A stretch of 64,000 nt of DNA, from NCBI GenBank assembly GCA_964470965.1, contig CAYYIS010000010.1, forward strand, positions 25,581 through 89,580, given 5' to 3'. The notes below the pieces were generated by a model that was not told the origin of the DNA, ran no database searches, and was given only the letters and a program-made list of their open reading frames with translations. This stretch comes from an uncultured Gemmatimonadota bacterium (lineage in GTDB: Bacteria > JAAXHH01 > JABIQT01). Below, in pieces: positions 49,046-60,266 of this stretch (the stretch's first letter is position 1; each line of letters begins with the position of its first letter). The translations under genes and the position numbers were made by a program.

Positions 49046-50485
49046 TTACATTTCCCATTGATTTAATTGATCCGACACGGCCGTCATTACCTGTTCCAGT
49101 GCGCCCGGCCCCACGACGGCGCACGTCTCTTGATATAGGCCGGAACCGTATTTGTCATGGGGCAAGAGATAACCCCCGGTTCCATGGTTGCACAAGACGG
49201 TTACGAGTATTGGCGTTTTAGGATGTCGGGCGCGTAGTTCCGTCTGTAGAACGTTATACGGCTCTCCGTTGACGAACACCACAACACCTTCTCCGATTGC
49301 CCACATTACCACACGATAAGGTGCTTTGCCACCGGGGATCACTGGCTCGATGCGCCGGAATGCGCGGCGTGTGCGTTCCACCATAGCACGGCAATCGGCG
49401 GCTTCGCGGTCCTGACCCCCTGCAAGGGCATCCTCTTCTCGTTGTTTCCATTCCTGTAACTGGATTTCGAGTTGGTCCTTTGTGGGTAATTCGAGAAACG
49501 GCAGTTCGAGGTCTATCTGCGCCGTCCGTGTGCGGCCCACAGCTGCACTGCGGATTTCACCCAGCAGTTCGTGCGACCAGACACCCAGCGTCGCACCGGA
49601 TACCACGGGGCCACCATACAGCATCTCGGTCCCTGGTGGTGTCAATCCTTCTATGGCGGACAATGCGGCATAACCCAGTTGCCGGCCGTTTTGTTCCGCC
49701 ACGGCAGTGTCTCCCACGTAGCCGTCTTTGGGACACAAGTCACCGCAGGCACCAAGGACGAACAGGCAAGGAACCCCCGTGCCATCCTCCACTACTTCAC
49801 GCATGCCTCCGATGTAATCCGGGCTGATCAGCGTGTTGTCCCAGGCCAGTGTCGTGGGATGGCAGGCGTAGTTGACGATATGGGCGAACGGCTGGCCGTC
49901 CTCTCTCGTTATTCGGGTGACCATCACGGTGTCATCCGCAGAGCGATCGGGATTGCAGCCGCATACGAACTGATTGGTTTCCTCATCCCAGTAGTCCCGG
50001 TTACGTGCTACATCGCAGTGACCGGCTCCGAATGCAACTTCCACCGGCTGTGCCGTCGCCTGCGCTTCCTGAACCGCTTCCGCGATCAATGTCGGCAGTT
50101 TTTCGAGATATACGGGGATCAGATGACCTCCTTCCTCGTCGATCCGATCCAGATCGTAATTACCCGCGGCGTGGGTGTGAGAGAACGTAATGATTGTTCC
50201 ATCCCTGTCCACTCCGGTCTCCGTCGCAACACGGTCGGACAGCCTCTCAAGCTCACTGTCTCGCAGCCATCCCAGGTCCAGGGTGACAAGTAGATTTTCC
50301 GAGGCCTGCTCATCCTCCCGCATCACCAGAACGGTGGCGAATAGAGGCGCATGCAGGCCAGTGGCGGCATCGTGGCTGGCAGCACCCCAGCAGCGGTGGT
50401 AGATATTATCAGGCGGTGTTATTTCCGTTCGCCCCACACCCATATGGCAGCGTCCCAACGGAGTAGGCATCGTTCGCCGGCTCAT
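49046..50485 (-). CDS. Hypothetical protein with weak similarity to the neutral/alkaline (non-lysosomal) ceramidase N-terminal domain
   Basis: GVGRTEITPP (compare GxGxxDITGP) and FSHTHAAGN (compare HTHSGPGG); 479 aa. By-eye only. Confidence 0.4.
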   Translation of the reverse strand: MSRRTMPTPLGRCHMGVGRTEITPPDNIYHRCWGAASHDAATGLHAPLFATVLVMREDEQASENLLVTLDLGWLRDSELERLSDRVATETGVDRDGTIITFSHTHAAGNYDLDRIDEEGGHLIPVYLEKLPTLIAEAVQEAQATAQPVEVAFGAGHCDVARNRDYWDEETNQFVCGCNPDRSADDTVMVTRITREDGQPFAHIVNYACHPTTLAWDNTLISPDYIGGMREVVEDGTGVPCLFVLGACGDLCPKDGYVGDTAVAEQNGRQLGYAALSAIEGLTPPGTEMLYGGPVVSGATLGVWSHELLGEIRSAAVGRTRTAQIDLELPFLELPTKDQLEIQLQEWKQREEDALAGGQDREAADCRAMVERTRRAFRRIEPVIPGGKAPYRVVMWAIGEGVVVFVNGEPYNVLQTELRARHPKTPILVTVLCNHGTGGYLLPHDKYGSGLYQETCAVVGPGALEQVMTAVSDQLNQWEM

Positions 50486-51258
50486 ATTTCCCTCCTGTTA
50501 TTCCGAATGAATTCAAGCATACTAGATTCGGGTAGGCATTTTGTCAAGGAACCGTTTCTATGGACTCTACCGCGTTATTTTAATCTATTGAATGATTATC
50601 CGATGGATTTTGATAAGATGATGCCTTCAACAAATACCCATTACATTCGACCTGTTTGAGAAGCACGGCACAGGTAGTAAGGAGTCGGCCACGTGCCTTG
50701 TAGATCTTTATTTGAATTCCAGTATGTTGCCCGTAGGTTGATGGTCATATGAAGACCGGCGGTACACCTTAACAATACAAGGTGCCGTATCCGCCAAGTC
50801 TTCAGTTTCTGATTCAGGGCCTGACCGCTGCCGCCGCCGCGGCGTCTATGTCCACTGTGCGTTGGTATGGCGTCCGGGGACAGTAATTGGTTGAAGCGCT
50901 CTGCCATATTCGAATTATGGCGGGACGGATGCGCCATCACAAGCGGTGACCTATGCAACCCTCGGAGACTACCTTCCCATAATTGCCTTTCCAGCGCCAA
51001 ACAGAGGAAAACCCATGGATCAGTCCGTCCTGTCAGGATCTTCGGAATCAGTGGCATTTATTGGGGTTGAAAGTGATGAATTCCTATTTGCACGCAATGC
51101 GACTGAGTCGCTGAAGATAAGCACCTAACGTCTGAAACTTCGGCGCCGACCGGATTGAGTCCATCAGCACCTCTACGGTAGCTGCAGGCACGGTGAAGAG
51201 CGGAGTCCTCACCTCTATTAGAATATAATCGGCCGCAACCGCCTATCTTTAATACCTG

Positions 51259-51846
51259 TTATGCATTTGCCTCAAACGCTGCGATATCCTCCTCGTACTG
51301 CAGCGTCCATCCTATCTCATCCAGACCTTTTTGGATGAATTCTTTCCTGAATGGATCTACTTCAAACGGATGGGGCGTATCATCTGATTCCGTTACCGTC
51401 TGGGCCTCTATGTCGATCGTCAAGGCACACGTATCCTGTGCCGTGGCTTCCGCCAGGATACGTGTGACGACGGCTTCCGGCAGGATGATAGGAAGGAGGC
51501 CGTTTTTAAAGCAGTTGTTGTAGAAGATATCCGCGAAGGAAGGTGCTATGATCACCTTGAATCCGTAGTCCTGGAGCGCCCAGGGAGCGTGTTCCCGGGA
51601 ACTGCCACATCCGAAGTTGTCACCGGCGACCAGAATGGTAACGTCCTGATACTTGTCTTGGTTGAGTATAAAACCCGGATTTGTCGATCCGTCCGGCAAG
51701 AAGCGCCAGTCGTTGAACAGAAACTGGCCGAAGCCAGACCGCTCGATCCGTTTCAAGAATTGCTTGGGAATGATCTGGTCCGTGTCCACATTGATCCTAT
51801 CCAACGGGACCACCCGGCCGGTGTGAGTTGTGAATGGGGTCGGCAT
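51259..51846 (-). CDS. leuD: 3-isopropylmalate dehydratase small subunit
   Basis: About 195 aa LeuD with the [17 protein letters not shown] motif. Confidence 0.9.
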   Translation of the reverse strand: MPTPFTTHTGRVVPLDRINVDTDQIIPKQFLKRIERSGFGQFLFNDWRFLPDGSTNPGFILNQDKYQDVTILVAGDNFGCGSSREHAPWALQDYGFKVIIAPSFADIFYNNCFKNGLLPIILPEAVVTRILAEATAQDTCALTIDIEAQTVTESDDTPHPFEVDPFRKEFIQKGLDEIGWTLQYEEDIAAFEANA

Positions 51847-51873
51847 TGTAACTCCTTAACTGTTATTATGTTA

Positions 51874-53292
51874 CTACCATTCTCTGACATCTACGAAGTG
51901 TCCTGCGACTGCGGCGGCAGCGGCCATCGCCGGACTGACCAGATGGGTGCGACTGCCCTTACCCTGACGCCCCTCGAAATTACGATTGGATGTGCTGGCG
52001 CACCGTTGCCCCGGTTGCAGGATGTCCTGGTTCATTCCAAGACACATGCTGCAGCCTGATTCACGCCACTCGAACCCGGCATCCTTAAAAATACGATCCA
52101 GACCTTCCGCTTCCGCCTGTGATTTGACAGTTCGTGAACCGGGTACCACCAGAGCCGCGACGGCGGAAGCAACCTTGCGGCCTTTTATCATGTCCGCCGC
52201 GGCACGCAGGTCACTCAAACGAGAGTTGGTGCAACTGCCGATGAACACCCGGTCGACCGGGATCTCTGTGATCCTGGTACCTGGTTTCAGGCCCATGTAA
52301 TCCAGAGCGTGTTGTGTGGCTTTACGGTCGTTTTTGTCCGCCAGGGATTCCGGGTCGGGTACGGCGCCGGTAATGTCCGTCACCATTCCGGGGTTGGTGC
52401 CCCACGTGACTTGCGGGACGATTTGTGTCGCGTCGAGTATGAGCTGACGGTCGTACTGTGCGCTGTCGTCAGTTGCCAGAGTGCGCCACCGCGCTACGGC
52501 CCGGTCAAATGCTTCGCCGTCGGGAGCAAACGGCCTGCCTGCGAGGTATTCGAAGGTCGTGTCATCCGGCGCGATCATTCCGGCGCGTGCGCCCATTTCG
52601 ATTGACATGTTGCACACCGTCATACGCTCGTCCATCGAAAGCGCCCGGATTGTACTGCCGGTGAATTCAACCACGGCACCCGTGCCACCTGCCGTGCCGG
52701 TATGGCCGATGACGTTCAGTATGATGTCTTTGGCTGTCACACCCGGCGCCAGGCTACCCTCTATGCGAATCTCGAACGTTTGTGATCGCTGCTGCAGCAG
52801 GCATTGAGTAGCCAGTACATGTTCCACCTCGCTGGTACCGATCCCGAACGACAGAGCGCCGAATGCACCGTGGGTAGACGTATGGCTGTCCCCACAGACG
52901 ATAGTTTTGCCTGGCTGTGTAATGCCCAGCTCGGGTCCGATAACATGGACGATACCCTGATTTGGACTCTCCAGATCGTACAGATCGATTCCGAAATCCG
53001 CACAGTTTTTCACCAGTGCCTCTACTTGAATTCTGGCATCGTCATCGGCCAGAGGCAGGGCCCACTGTTCGATAGGGACATCCCAGTTGGTGGTTGGGAT
53101 GCTGTGATCCATCGTTGCGAATGTCAGATCGGTGCGTCGGACGGATCGACCGTTCGTGCGCAGGCCCTCGAACGCTTGCGGTGAAGTGACTTCATGTATC
53201 AGATGTGCATCGATATAGATGACCGCCAAACCGTCCGGATGCTCCCTAACGAGATGACGCTCCCATATGTTGTCGTACATGGTTTTAGACAT
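51874..53292 (-). CDS. leuC: 3-isopropylmalate dehydratase large subunit
   Basis: Aconitase-family 4Fe-4S ligand cysteines (GSCTNSR, CGDSHT); 472 aa. Confidence 0.9.
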   Translation of the reverse strand: MSKTMYDNIWERHLVREHPDGLAVIYIDAHLIHEVTSPQAFEGLRTNGRSVRRTDLTFATMDHSIPTTNWDVPIEQWALPLADDDARIQVEALVKNCADFGIDLYDLESPNQGIVHVIGPELGITQPGKTIVCGDSHTSTHGAFGALSFGIGTSEVEHVLATQCLLQQRSQTFEIRIEGSLAPGVTAKDIILNVIGHTGTAGGTGAVVEFTGSTIRALSMDERMTVCNMSIEMGARAGMIAPDDTTFEYLAGRPFAPDGEAFDRAVARWRTLATDDSAQYDRQLILDATQIVPQVTWGTNPGMVTDITGAVPDPESLADKNDRKATQHALDYMGLKPGTRITEIPVDRVFIGSCTNSRLSDLRAAADMIKGRKVASAVAALVVPGSRTVKSQAEAEGLDRIFKDAGFEWRESGCSMCLGMNQDILQPGQRCASTSNRNFEGRQGKGSRTHLVSPAMAAAAAVAGHFVDVREW

Positions 53293-53500
53293 TGGCCCAT
53301 GACCTCCTGTTTCTCCTATTGAGGTGCTGCGGATCGCTTATTGAGAGCCCGATTTTATTATACGAAAACCGGTGTTTTTCAAGTTGCTGACATAAAATTT
53401 TCATTACTATACCACGGCGCCCCCAGTTGGTATGATAGAACTTCTGCCGGAATGGTGTGTCCGCTGTTTCGACTTCCAGGACCCGGACGCTCTGATAGGT

Positions 53501-53833
53501 CTAATCAGAGCGAGAATAGAACGTATCCCGACGGTTTGAGAATTCCCGGTCGAGAGCCGCGTTGAGTGTATGAAGCTCGTCGGAAGACAACGCGTTTTCA
53601 ATCGACAGGTAGCCTTTGGTTTCGAACGTAAGGCGGTAGGAATCTGTCATGGTGACCTTGGTTTTGATTATTTCAGAATACAACGGCATCAGAGTAATGG
53701 GGCGTCCCACTTCAGACTGTAAAGGTACAGCTTCAAAGCTCATTTGCGCAAGCGAAAAGTAGGTAACACACCCTCTATTCACGAGCTTTAGGGAGATGTC
53801 AATTTTCTTGACAATTGTTGTATGGCACGTCAT
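53501..53833 (-). CDS. Hypothetical protein (110 aa)
   Basis: ORF only; no convincing domain or SD. Confidence 0.3.
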   Translation of the reverse strand: MTCHTTIVKKIDISLKLVNRGCVTYFSLAQMSFEAVPLQSEVGRPITLMPLYSEIIKTKVTMTDSYRLTFETKGYLSIENALSSDELHTLNAALDREFSNRRDTFYSRSD

Positions 53834-54158
53834 ATTGTCAACCGTCTCAATTCCTTACTTCGATTACTTAAATGTTTGCTTGTAGTGAGGCTGTGTTTAT
53901 TAAGGTGGTCAATGTGTTATGAGAGTCGAGGTGTTCAAGTGAGTGACGTTGAGGCACGGAGCCATTCCAGCGTACACGGTGGAAGACGGCACAAAGGCGC
54001 CAGGTGGTCGTTGACCCTTTGAAACACAACAGGCGGGACGTGGTAAACCCGGTAGAAGGACTCCCCGGCTTTCGAAGGCGATGGTGCTTCAGACCTGCCC
54101 GTTGTTCGTAGGCAGTGGGTATCGGTTGCACCCCCATCCAGGAACTCGCTGCTGGCAT

Positions 54159-54191
54159 CTGAAGATCATTCCTTCAGCTTTGGATTTTTCG
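54159..54191 (+). terminator. Orphan terminator-like hairpin plus U-tract in a 657-bp non-coding gap
   Basis: ctgaag-atcattc-cttcag followed by ctttggatttttcg; no annotated plus-strand gene upstream. Confidence 0.3.
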
Positions 54192-54490
54192 TAAACCTGC
54201 CCCTTGGAATTCTGGTGGCGGGTTTCTGTCCGGAACCATTCGTTACGATGCTGAAGTCGCTGGCCAACTGCACATCGTGGAATTTTGTCGGCATTCAGAG
54301 GGATTGTATACAGATTGGGTAATGCTGTCTCTTTAAGTGTTTTTCGACTTAGTCAGATTCCCCGAAATGTTCATCGCGGCGCAGTTGACCACCGTGGACA
54401 GCCTGTTTGTCATAGTTCGTTATGAATGTTACCCGGGATCACCTTCGTAACCTGGGGCATAGGATTAAGCGAAATTAAAGTATCGGTAAA

Positions 54491-55768
54491 ATGAAAATAC
54501 AAGCTGTGGCATCAGACAGTATTGCGGATGAGGTCGGGTTGCAGCCGGGGGATCGATTGATCAAAATCAACGGTGCCCAGGTGCGTGACATGCTTGACTA
54601 CCATTTCTGGTCTCAAGAGGCCGATCTGGAGCTGGATGTGATGCAGGCCGGTGGCAGCCGGATATTGATTGACATAGAGAAGGATCCGGATGATGATCTT
54701 GGTCTTGAGCTGCTTGAGCCCCAGTACCAGGCATGCGCTAATAAATGTATTTTCTGCTTCATCCATCAGAACCCTTCCGGCATGCGTAAGGCAGTGTACT
54801 TTCAGGATGAGGATGTGCGGCTCTCGTTCCTGTATGGCAACTACGTGACGCTGGCGTTCGCTTCGGACGCATACCTCGAGCGGATCATGGTACAGCGACT
54901 GAGTCCGATATATGTCTCAGTCCATGCCACGGACCCGGAGCTGCGTCGTACGATGCTCGGTTCGCCCAAGGCTAAAGATGTGATGCCCATCCTCCGCAAA
55001 CTGGCGGATGCGGAAATCCTGATCGAGACGCAGATCGTCCTCTGTCCGGACGTCAACGACGGTCCTGCCCTGCGGCAGACGGTTGACGATCTGGCGGCGT
55101 TGTATCCACATCTGGAATCCATTTCGATCGTGCCGGTGGGCTTGACGAGGCATCGTGATGGGCTGCACCCACTCAGGGCAGTCACCGTTGACTACGCACG
55201 AGATATGATCGAGACGGTGACCGTATGGCAGGAAGCATTACGTGCTGAGCTCGGCAGACCTCTGGTGTATCTTTCCGACGAATGGTATCTTCTGTCGGAC
55301 ACGCCGTTTCCACCAGACGAGGTGTATGTGGACTGTCCGGTCATAGAAAACGGGGTCGGGATGGTAAACGCTTTCATCGGTGAGATGGGGCGCCAGATGA
55401 AGGTTCTGCCTACCCGGCTGGAATCGCCGCGCAAGATAACGTTTGTGACTGCCACGATGGCAGAAGGCACGGTACGCGATCATCTGGTTGAGCCACTGAA
55501 CCAGATTGAGAACTTAGCGGTGGAGCTGGTAGTCGTCCCCAATGATTTCTTCGGCCCTGGCGTAACGGTCTCCGGTCTTCTGGTCGGTCGTGACATCGTC
55601 CGGTCATTGGAAGGGCATGATCCGGTTGATGCGGTCTACCTGCCGCCCAACGTGCTGAACGACGACGGACTGTTTCTGGATGATATGACACTGGAGAAGG
55701 TGAGCGAAGCGGTTGGCAGTGAGGTGTTTTTATTTCCTGAGCATGTTGAGAAAGTGATATCATCATAA
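54491..55768 (+). CDS. PDZ-domain / DUF512 radical-SAM-like protein (der-associated)
   Basis: N-terminal PDZ (GLQPGDRLIKINGAQV); CANKCIFCF CX3CX2C motif; conserved position immediately upstream of der. Confidence 0.7.
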   Translation: MKIQAVASDSIADEVGLQPGDRLIKINGAQVRDMLDYHFWSQEADLELDVMQAGGSRILIDIEKDPDDDLGLELLEPQYQACANKCIFCFIHQNPSGMRKAVYFQDEDVRLSFLYGNYVTLAFASDAYLERIMVQRLSPIYVSVHATDPELRRTMLGSPKAKDVMPILRKLADAEILIETQIVLCPDVNDGPALRQTVDDLAALYPHLESISIVPVGLTRHRDGLHPLRAVTVDYARDMIETVTVWQEALRAELGRPLVYLSDEWYLLSDTPFPPDEVYVDCPVIENGVGMVNAFIGEMGRQMKVLPTRLESPRKITFVTATMAEGTVRDHLVEPLNQIENLAVELVVVPNDFFGPGVTVSGLLVGRDIVRSLEGHDPVDAVYLPPNVLNDDGLFLDDMTLEKVSEAVGSEVFLFPEHVEKVISS

Positions 55769-55774
55769 GCTGGA

Positions 55775-57121
55775 GTGGGTATGGCCTCACCAATTGTTGC
55801 AATCATAGGACGTCCGAACGTCGGTAAGTCTGTTTTGTTCAACCGTATAGTGGGTCGGCAGGACGCCATAGTGGATGATGCCCCCGGCATCACGCGGGAC
55901 CGGCACTATGCGGATGCAGACTGGTACGGGAAGCGGTTCACGATCGTGGATACCGGCGGTCTGGTACCGGATTCGGACGAACCGATGGAGTCCGCCATCG
56001 AACGGCAGGCCCAGCTGGCGGTCAACGAAGCGGATCTTATCCTACTGGTGACCGATGTGCGGGCAGGTCTTATGCCGCTGGACGAAAAGGCGGCTGAGGT
56101 GGTCCGGCGGGCCGGAAACGGCCGAACGATCGTGGTTGCCAACAAGGTGGATAACGGTAAATTGGAAGACGAAGCATGGGAATTTTCGGCGCTTGGCTTG
56201 GGTGACCCGGTCATGATCTCGGCGCTCAAGGCGCGAGGTACGGGTGAACTGTTGGACATGGTCTCGGATAGACTGCCAGACAAGCAGTCGGATCCTCCTG
56301 CCGACGGGGCTATAAAGGTCGCAGTGATAGGCCGCCCAAACGTGGGCAAATCCTCCCTGGTCAATGCCATGGTGGGCAAAGAAACCGTAATCGTTTCAGA
56401 TGTGGCGGGCACGACCCGGGATTCAATAGATACGAAGATCGTTCGCCAGGGTGTGCCGTACCTGTTGATCGATACGGCCGGATTACGTCGGCGTTCCCGG
56501 ATCAAAAGCGATATCGAATTTTACAGCTTTACGAGAACCGTCCGTGCCATCGAGCGTTGTGATGTGGCAGTCGTTTTGATAGATGGTGTGGACGGTATAT
56601 CGGGGCAGGACATGCGAATCGTGTCTCAGGTGGATGAAGCCGGTAAGGGGCTGATCCTCGCGTTCAACAAATGGGACCTGGTCAATGCCGACGCTACGTC
56701 AGGTGACGTGTTCAGGGAAACGGCTTCGAAACAGCTGCGTTTCACGGATTATGCACCGATCATGTTCGTCTCCGCGGCGACCCATCGCGGGGTCACGCAG
56801 CTGGCACAAAAAGTAAACCAGGTGCAGCAGATGCGGAACACCCGGGTGGGTACAAGCGAGTTGAACCGCGCAGTGGAACAGATCGTGGCACTCAATCCAC
56901 CGCCGGTAACATCCAACGGCCGGCACGTAAGGGTGTACTACGGCACCCAGGCCAGTGTAGCGCCACCAACGTTTGTGTTCTTTACCAACTATCCCGATTC
57001 GGTGCCGGAGGCATACAGACGCTATCTTTCGAATAGACTTCGGGAAGCGTTTGGATTCCAGGGCACCCCGATCCGGGTATTGATTCGTGGGCGTGGCGGC
57101 AAGGATGATAGGCAAGAATAA
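55775..57121 (+). CDS. der: Ribosome-biogenesis GTPase Der (EngA), with two GTPase domains and a KH-like C-terminal domain
   Basis: GRPNVGKS appears twice; DTGG and DTAG; NKVD and NKWD motifs. Confidence 0.95.
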   Translation: MGMASPIVAIIGRPNVGKSVLFNRIVGRQDAIVDDAPGITRDRHYADADWYGKRFTIVDTGGLVPDSDEPMESAIERQAQLAVNEADLILLVTDVRAGLMPLDEKAAEVVRRAGNGRTIVVANKVDNGKLEDEAWEFSALGLGDPVMISALKARGTGELLDMVSDRLPDKQSDPPADGAIKVAVIGRPNVGKSSLVNAMVGKETVIVSDVAGTTRDSIDTKIVRQGVPYLLIDTAGLRRRSRIKSDIEFYSFTRTVRAIERCDVAVVLIDGVDGISGQDMRIVSQVDEAGKGLILAFNKWDLVNADATSGDVFRETASKQLRFTDYAPIMFVSAATHRGVTQLAQKVNQVQQMRNTRVGTSELNRAVEQIVALNPPPVTSNGRHVRVYYGTQASVAPPTFVFFTNYPDSVPEAYRRYLSNRLREAFGFQGTPIRVLIRGRGGKDDRQE

Positions 57122-57132
57122 AGGGTCTTTCT

Positions 57133-57504
57133 ATGAACGGTCGATCAACGGGTAAGCTGTACTATTCCATCAGCGAGGTATCTGAACTGACCGGACTTGA
57201 AGCTACCGTCTTGCGCTATTGGGAGAAGGAATTTCCTCAGTTGCGCCTGAAGTACAACCGTGCCGGTAAAAGGATGTACCGGGAAAAAGATATCAGGGTC
57301 ATCCAGGAAATCAAGCGTCTGACCCGGGAGGAAGGCTATACGCTCACCGGCGCCAAAAAACATATGCAAGACTCCACCAAGAGCGTAAAGACTTCCGAAG
57401 ACAAGTCGGATCAGGAAACACCAACCAACATTTCCGACCTGCCGCCGGAACTTCTGGGTTATCTCCGCAAAGAATTGAATGACATCAGAAAGTTGCTGGA
57501 GTAA
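57133..57504 (+). CDS. MerR-family helix-turn-helix transcriptional regulator (short, no obvious effector domain)
   Basis: YSISEVSELTGLEATVLRYWEKEF ... MYREKDIRVIQEIKRL matches the MerR HTH. Confidence 0.65.
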   Translation: MNGRSTGKLYYSISEVSELTGLEATVLRYWEKEFPQLRLKYNRAGKRMYREKDIRVIQEIKRLTREEGYTLTGAKKHMQDSTKSVKTSEDKSDQETPTNISDLPPELLGYLRKELNDIRKLLE

Positions 57505-57525
57505 TCCGGATCATATTTTGATCTC

Positions 57526-58617
57526 ATGCCTTTATACACTCTCCTCTACCGCATCTCTGATCCCGATGACCGGGCATCCGGTATCATCATCCTGCGCGGT
57601 CTGCTCTGGCTCCCGGCCCAATTATTCAAAATAGCCGGACGGCTCCGTAATTATTCCTATACAATGGGCTGGCGCGTTCAGCAGAGATTGCCGGTTCGGG
57701 TAATCAGTGTGGGTGGCCTCACGGTCGGTGGGGCCGGAAAGACGCCGGTCGTTCGCCACCTGGCCGGATTGCTGTCGGATGCCGGACAGCGTGTGGTGGT
57801 GTTAAGCCGGGGATATGGACGCCTGAATAAGGCGGTTGTGGTGGCCTCAAGCGCCGGAGACGAATGCCTGCCCTGGCACTGCGTAGGTGACGAACCGTAC
57901 CTACTGGCTTCGACGCAGCCTGGTGTACCGGTGGTCGTCGGCGCCGATAGGATTGAAACTGGAAAACATGCCATTCGTCAATTCGACCCCGATATTCTGA
58001 TGCTGGATGACGGTTTTCAGCATCGCCGTCTGTCCAGGGATCTCGATATCGTCGTACTCGACGCGACCAGTCCCGCAGAGCGTTTGATACCTACGGGCCC
58101 CCTGCGGGAACCGTGGTCAGCGCTGCGCAGAGCCGACCTCATCGTTCTCACCCGCGTCGATCAGGCCGAGACACTCGATACTCTTGTCCGACGTATTCGC
58201 CGTTACAATCCGGAAATGCAGATTGTAGAAACCGCTTACCGTCCTGCGGGCCTCCGACACCTTTCGGACGGCAGATCCTTCCCTCTCGATCATATCTCCG
58301 GCTGCCGTGTCGTTACGCTGGCTGGTATCGCAAATCCCGTCTCTTTCGAACAGACGATTCGACAGATCGGTGCCGAGGTGGTGCATATGTTGCGCTACCA
58401 GGATCACCATGTTTACCAGAATGAGGAAATCGAATTGGCATGCGGGGCTGCTTCCCGAACTCGGGCCCAATGGATAGTAACCACGGAGAAAGACGCCATT
58501 CGTATTCCGGAAAGCAGTGACAGGACGAGGATCCTGGTGCTGGATATTGAGTTGGATGTTGTACGGGGTGGCAACGTTCTTAAATCGATGGTATTTAACG
58601 CCGCTGCCTCTCCATGA
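57526..58617 (+). CDS. lpxK: Tetraacyldisaccharide 4'-kinase
   Basis: P-loop VGGLTVGGAGKTPVV; about 360 aa. Confidence 0.85.
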   Translation: MPLYTLLYRISDPDDRASGIIILRGLLWLPAQLFKIAGRLRNYSYTMGWRVQQRLPVRVISVGGLTVGGAGKTPVVRHLAGLLSDAGQRVVVLSRGYGRLNKAVVVASSAGDECLPWHCVGDEPYLLASTQPGVPVVVGADRIETGKHAIRQFDPDILMLDDGFQHRRLSRDLDIVVLDATSPAERLIPTGPLREPWSALRRADLIVLTRVDQAETLDTLVRRIRRYNPEMQIVETAYRPAGLRHLSDGRSFPLDHISGCRVVTLAGIANPVSFEQTIRQIGAEVVHMLRYQDHHVYQNEEIELACGAASRTRAQWIVTTEKDAIRIPESSDRTRILVLDIELDVVRGGNVLKSMVFNAAASP

Positions 58618-59719
58618 GTCCGAGTACCGTATCGATCTCATCTGGTATGTTGAACACGCCCGGTGAAAGTCTCAACTGTCCTTTATCCAGGCGAACCGAA
58701 GCTGTGACGCCGGCATCCTCGAGGGCGTCGGAGACATCTGCCGGAGCGTCCACGAAACAGGTAACGATGGGCGTCTGGTTGCCCGGCGGCGTGAACATAC
58801 GATAGCCGAGGTCCAATAGGCCCGCATGAAGCCGGTGCGCGAGGTCAACCACATGGCGGGTCAGCCTTTCCTGGCCGACTGCCTCGATGTACTGCAACCC
58901 CGCGCCCAGTTCCCAGAGGCCGCCGAAGTTGTAGGTGCCGTATTCGTACTGCTTGGCGGAATGATGTCCGGGCCAGTCGCGAAAGGCGCCCTCGAAGTTC
59001 AGTTTCTGCATGAAACCGAACTTGTTTGGCCGGATTCGGTCCAACAGGTCTTCTTTTACGAACACAAACGACAGCCCGAACGGACCGAAAACCCACTTGT
59101 AAGTCCCGCAGGCCAAAACGTCCATGTCACCCGCCCTCACATCCACCGGAATGGCACCCACCGCCTGTACTGCATCCGTGTAGAAATACGCACCGAAGGC
59201 ATGCGCAAGGTCCGCTATGCCCCTGATATCGTGCAGATAGCCGTTGTGATGGGATACGTACGGTATGCTGATCAACCGGGTACGCTCATTCGTCACATCT
59301 GCAAACGCCTCGACCGTCGCCGCGCCGGCGAGGTTCTGTACGATCCTCAGTTCTATGCCGTAGGTTTGCTCATAATGTTGCCACAACACGAAATCGGACA
59401 CATATGCCAGGTCGTCCAGAACCACGTTGTCGCCCGGCTGCCAGTCGATGGCCGAGGCGACCAGGTTGATGCCGTCACCGGTATTCATGCCGAAGAATAC
59501 CTCCTTTGCCTTCGCACCGATCATGGTTGCCGCCTGCTGCCGCACTTCTTCCGCTTTGTCCAGCCAACCGTGAATGGTGTGCCATTCCTGCCGTCTGGCG
59601 AAGTATTCCTGCGCCGCTCGGATCACCGGGGTTGGTGTGGGAGAAATGGATGCGGAGTTGAGATAAGTGAGCGATTTGGTGGCCGGAAAATCTTTTCGGA
59701 TGGCTTCGTTCATGGGCAT
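58595..59719 (-). CDS. Class V aminotransferase-fold PLP enzyme (cysteine desulfurase/selenocysteine lyase/isopenicillin N epimerase-like)
   Basis: PLP-Lys in LACGTYKWVFGPFG; class-V fold features; 3' end overlaps lpxK by 23 nt. Confidence 0.7.
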   Translation of the reverse strand: MPMNEAIRKDFPATKSLTYLNSASISPTPTPVIRAAQEYFARRQEWHTIHGWLDKAEEVRQQAATMIGAKAKEVFFGMNTGDGINLVASAIDWQPGDNVVLDDLAYVSDFVLWQHYEQTYGIELRIVQNLAGAATVEAFADVTNERTRLISIPYVSHHNGYLHDIRGIADLAHAFGAYFYTDAVQAVGAIPVDVRAGDMDVLACGTYKWVFGPFGLSFVFVKEDLLDRIRPNKFGFMQKLNFEGAFRDWPGHHSAKQYEYGTYNFGGLWELGAGLQYIEAVGQERLTRHVVDLAHRLHAGLLDLGYRMFTPPGNQTPIVTCFVDAPADVSDALEDAGVTASVRLDKGQLRLSPGVFNIPDEIDTVLGLMERQRR

Positions 59720-60266
59720 ACCTCATTTCAACAAATGTTATCTCTCCCATACGTCATTTGGACCCAGATCGAGATAGTTCATCTTTATTCTTCAGTCTTG
59801 CAGGCTATTAACCATAGGCCATGTACAGGAGACTGCTAAGATGCATCAACCCAGCATGATGCCATGCGGGTTAGCCGGGGGCGGGATCGGAGTGAGTGCC
59901 TTGCCGCGGATGTAGGGTCTCCAGAGACCATGGCCCCGGTTTCTGTTCAGGATGTCGGTACCGAACCGGCACACGAGGCCCGGCAACTCCGGATTGGCGA
60001 CGATGACATCCCCGGAAGGAAAAGCTGAAGTGTAAGATAAGATCATTGGGAATACATGATATAATAACAGATCCAGGACAAGATCCCAAGGCTTTATTAT
60101 CTAATAAACCCTGGAGTACCATACTGCGAATGTTTCTACACGCCCTCGACCGTTGGCTATCTTTTTTATGGTTTGTTCCGTCAATTCATCTGGTTTTTTT
60201 GAGATGGTCACATCATATTTATACCTTACTTTAATTTCAGCTACTAATCCTTTAGCCGGTTTCTTT

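Noticed and set aside
51148-51175. tRNA T-loop-like ccggattgagtcc
   Set aside because: The flanks do not form T-stem, acceptor-stem or anticodon arms, and two positions of the GGTTCGANTCC consensus are off. No tRNA could be folded.
53293-53500. T-box or leader-peptide attenuator upstream of leuC
   Set aside because: The 5' UTR from the TATAAT-like -10 to the ATG is only about 60 nt. It has no specifier/antiterminator structure and no Leu-rich leader ORF.
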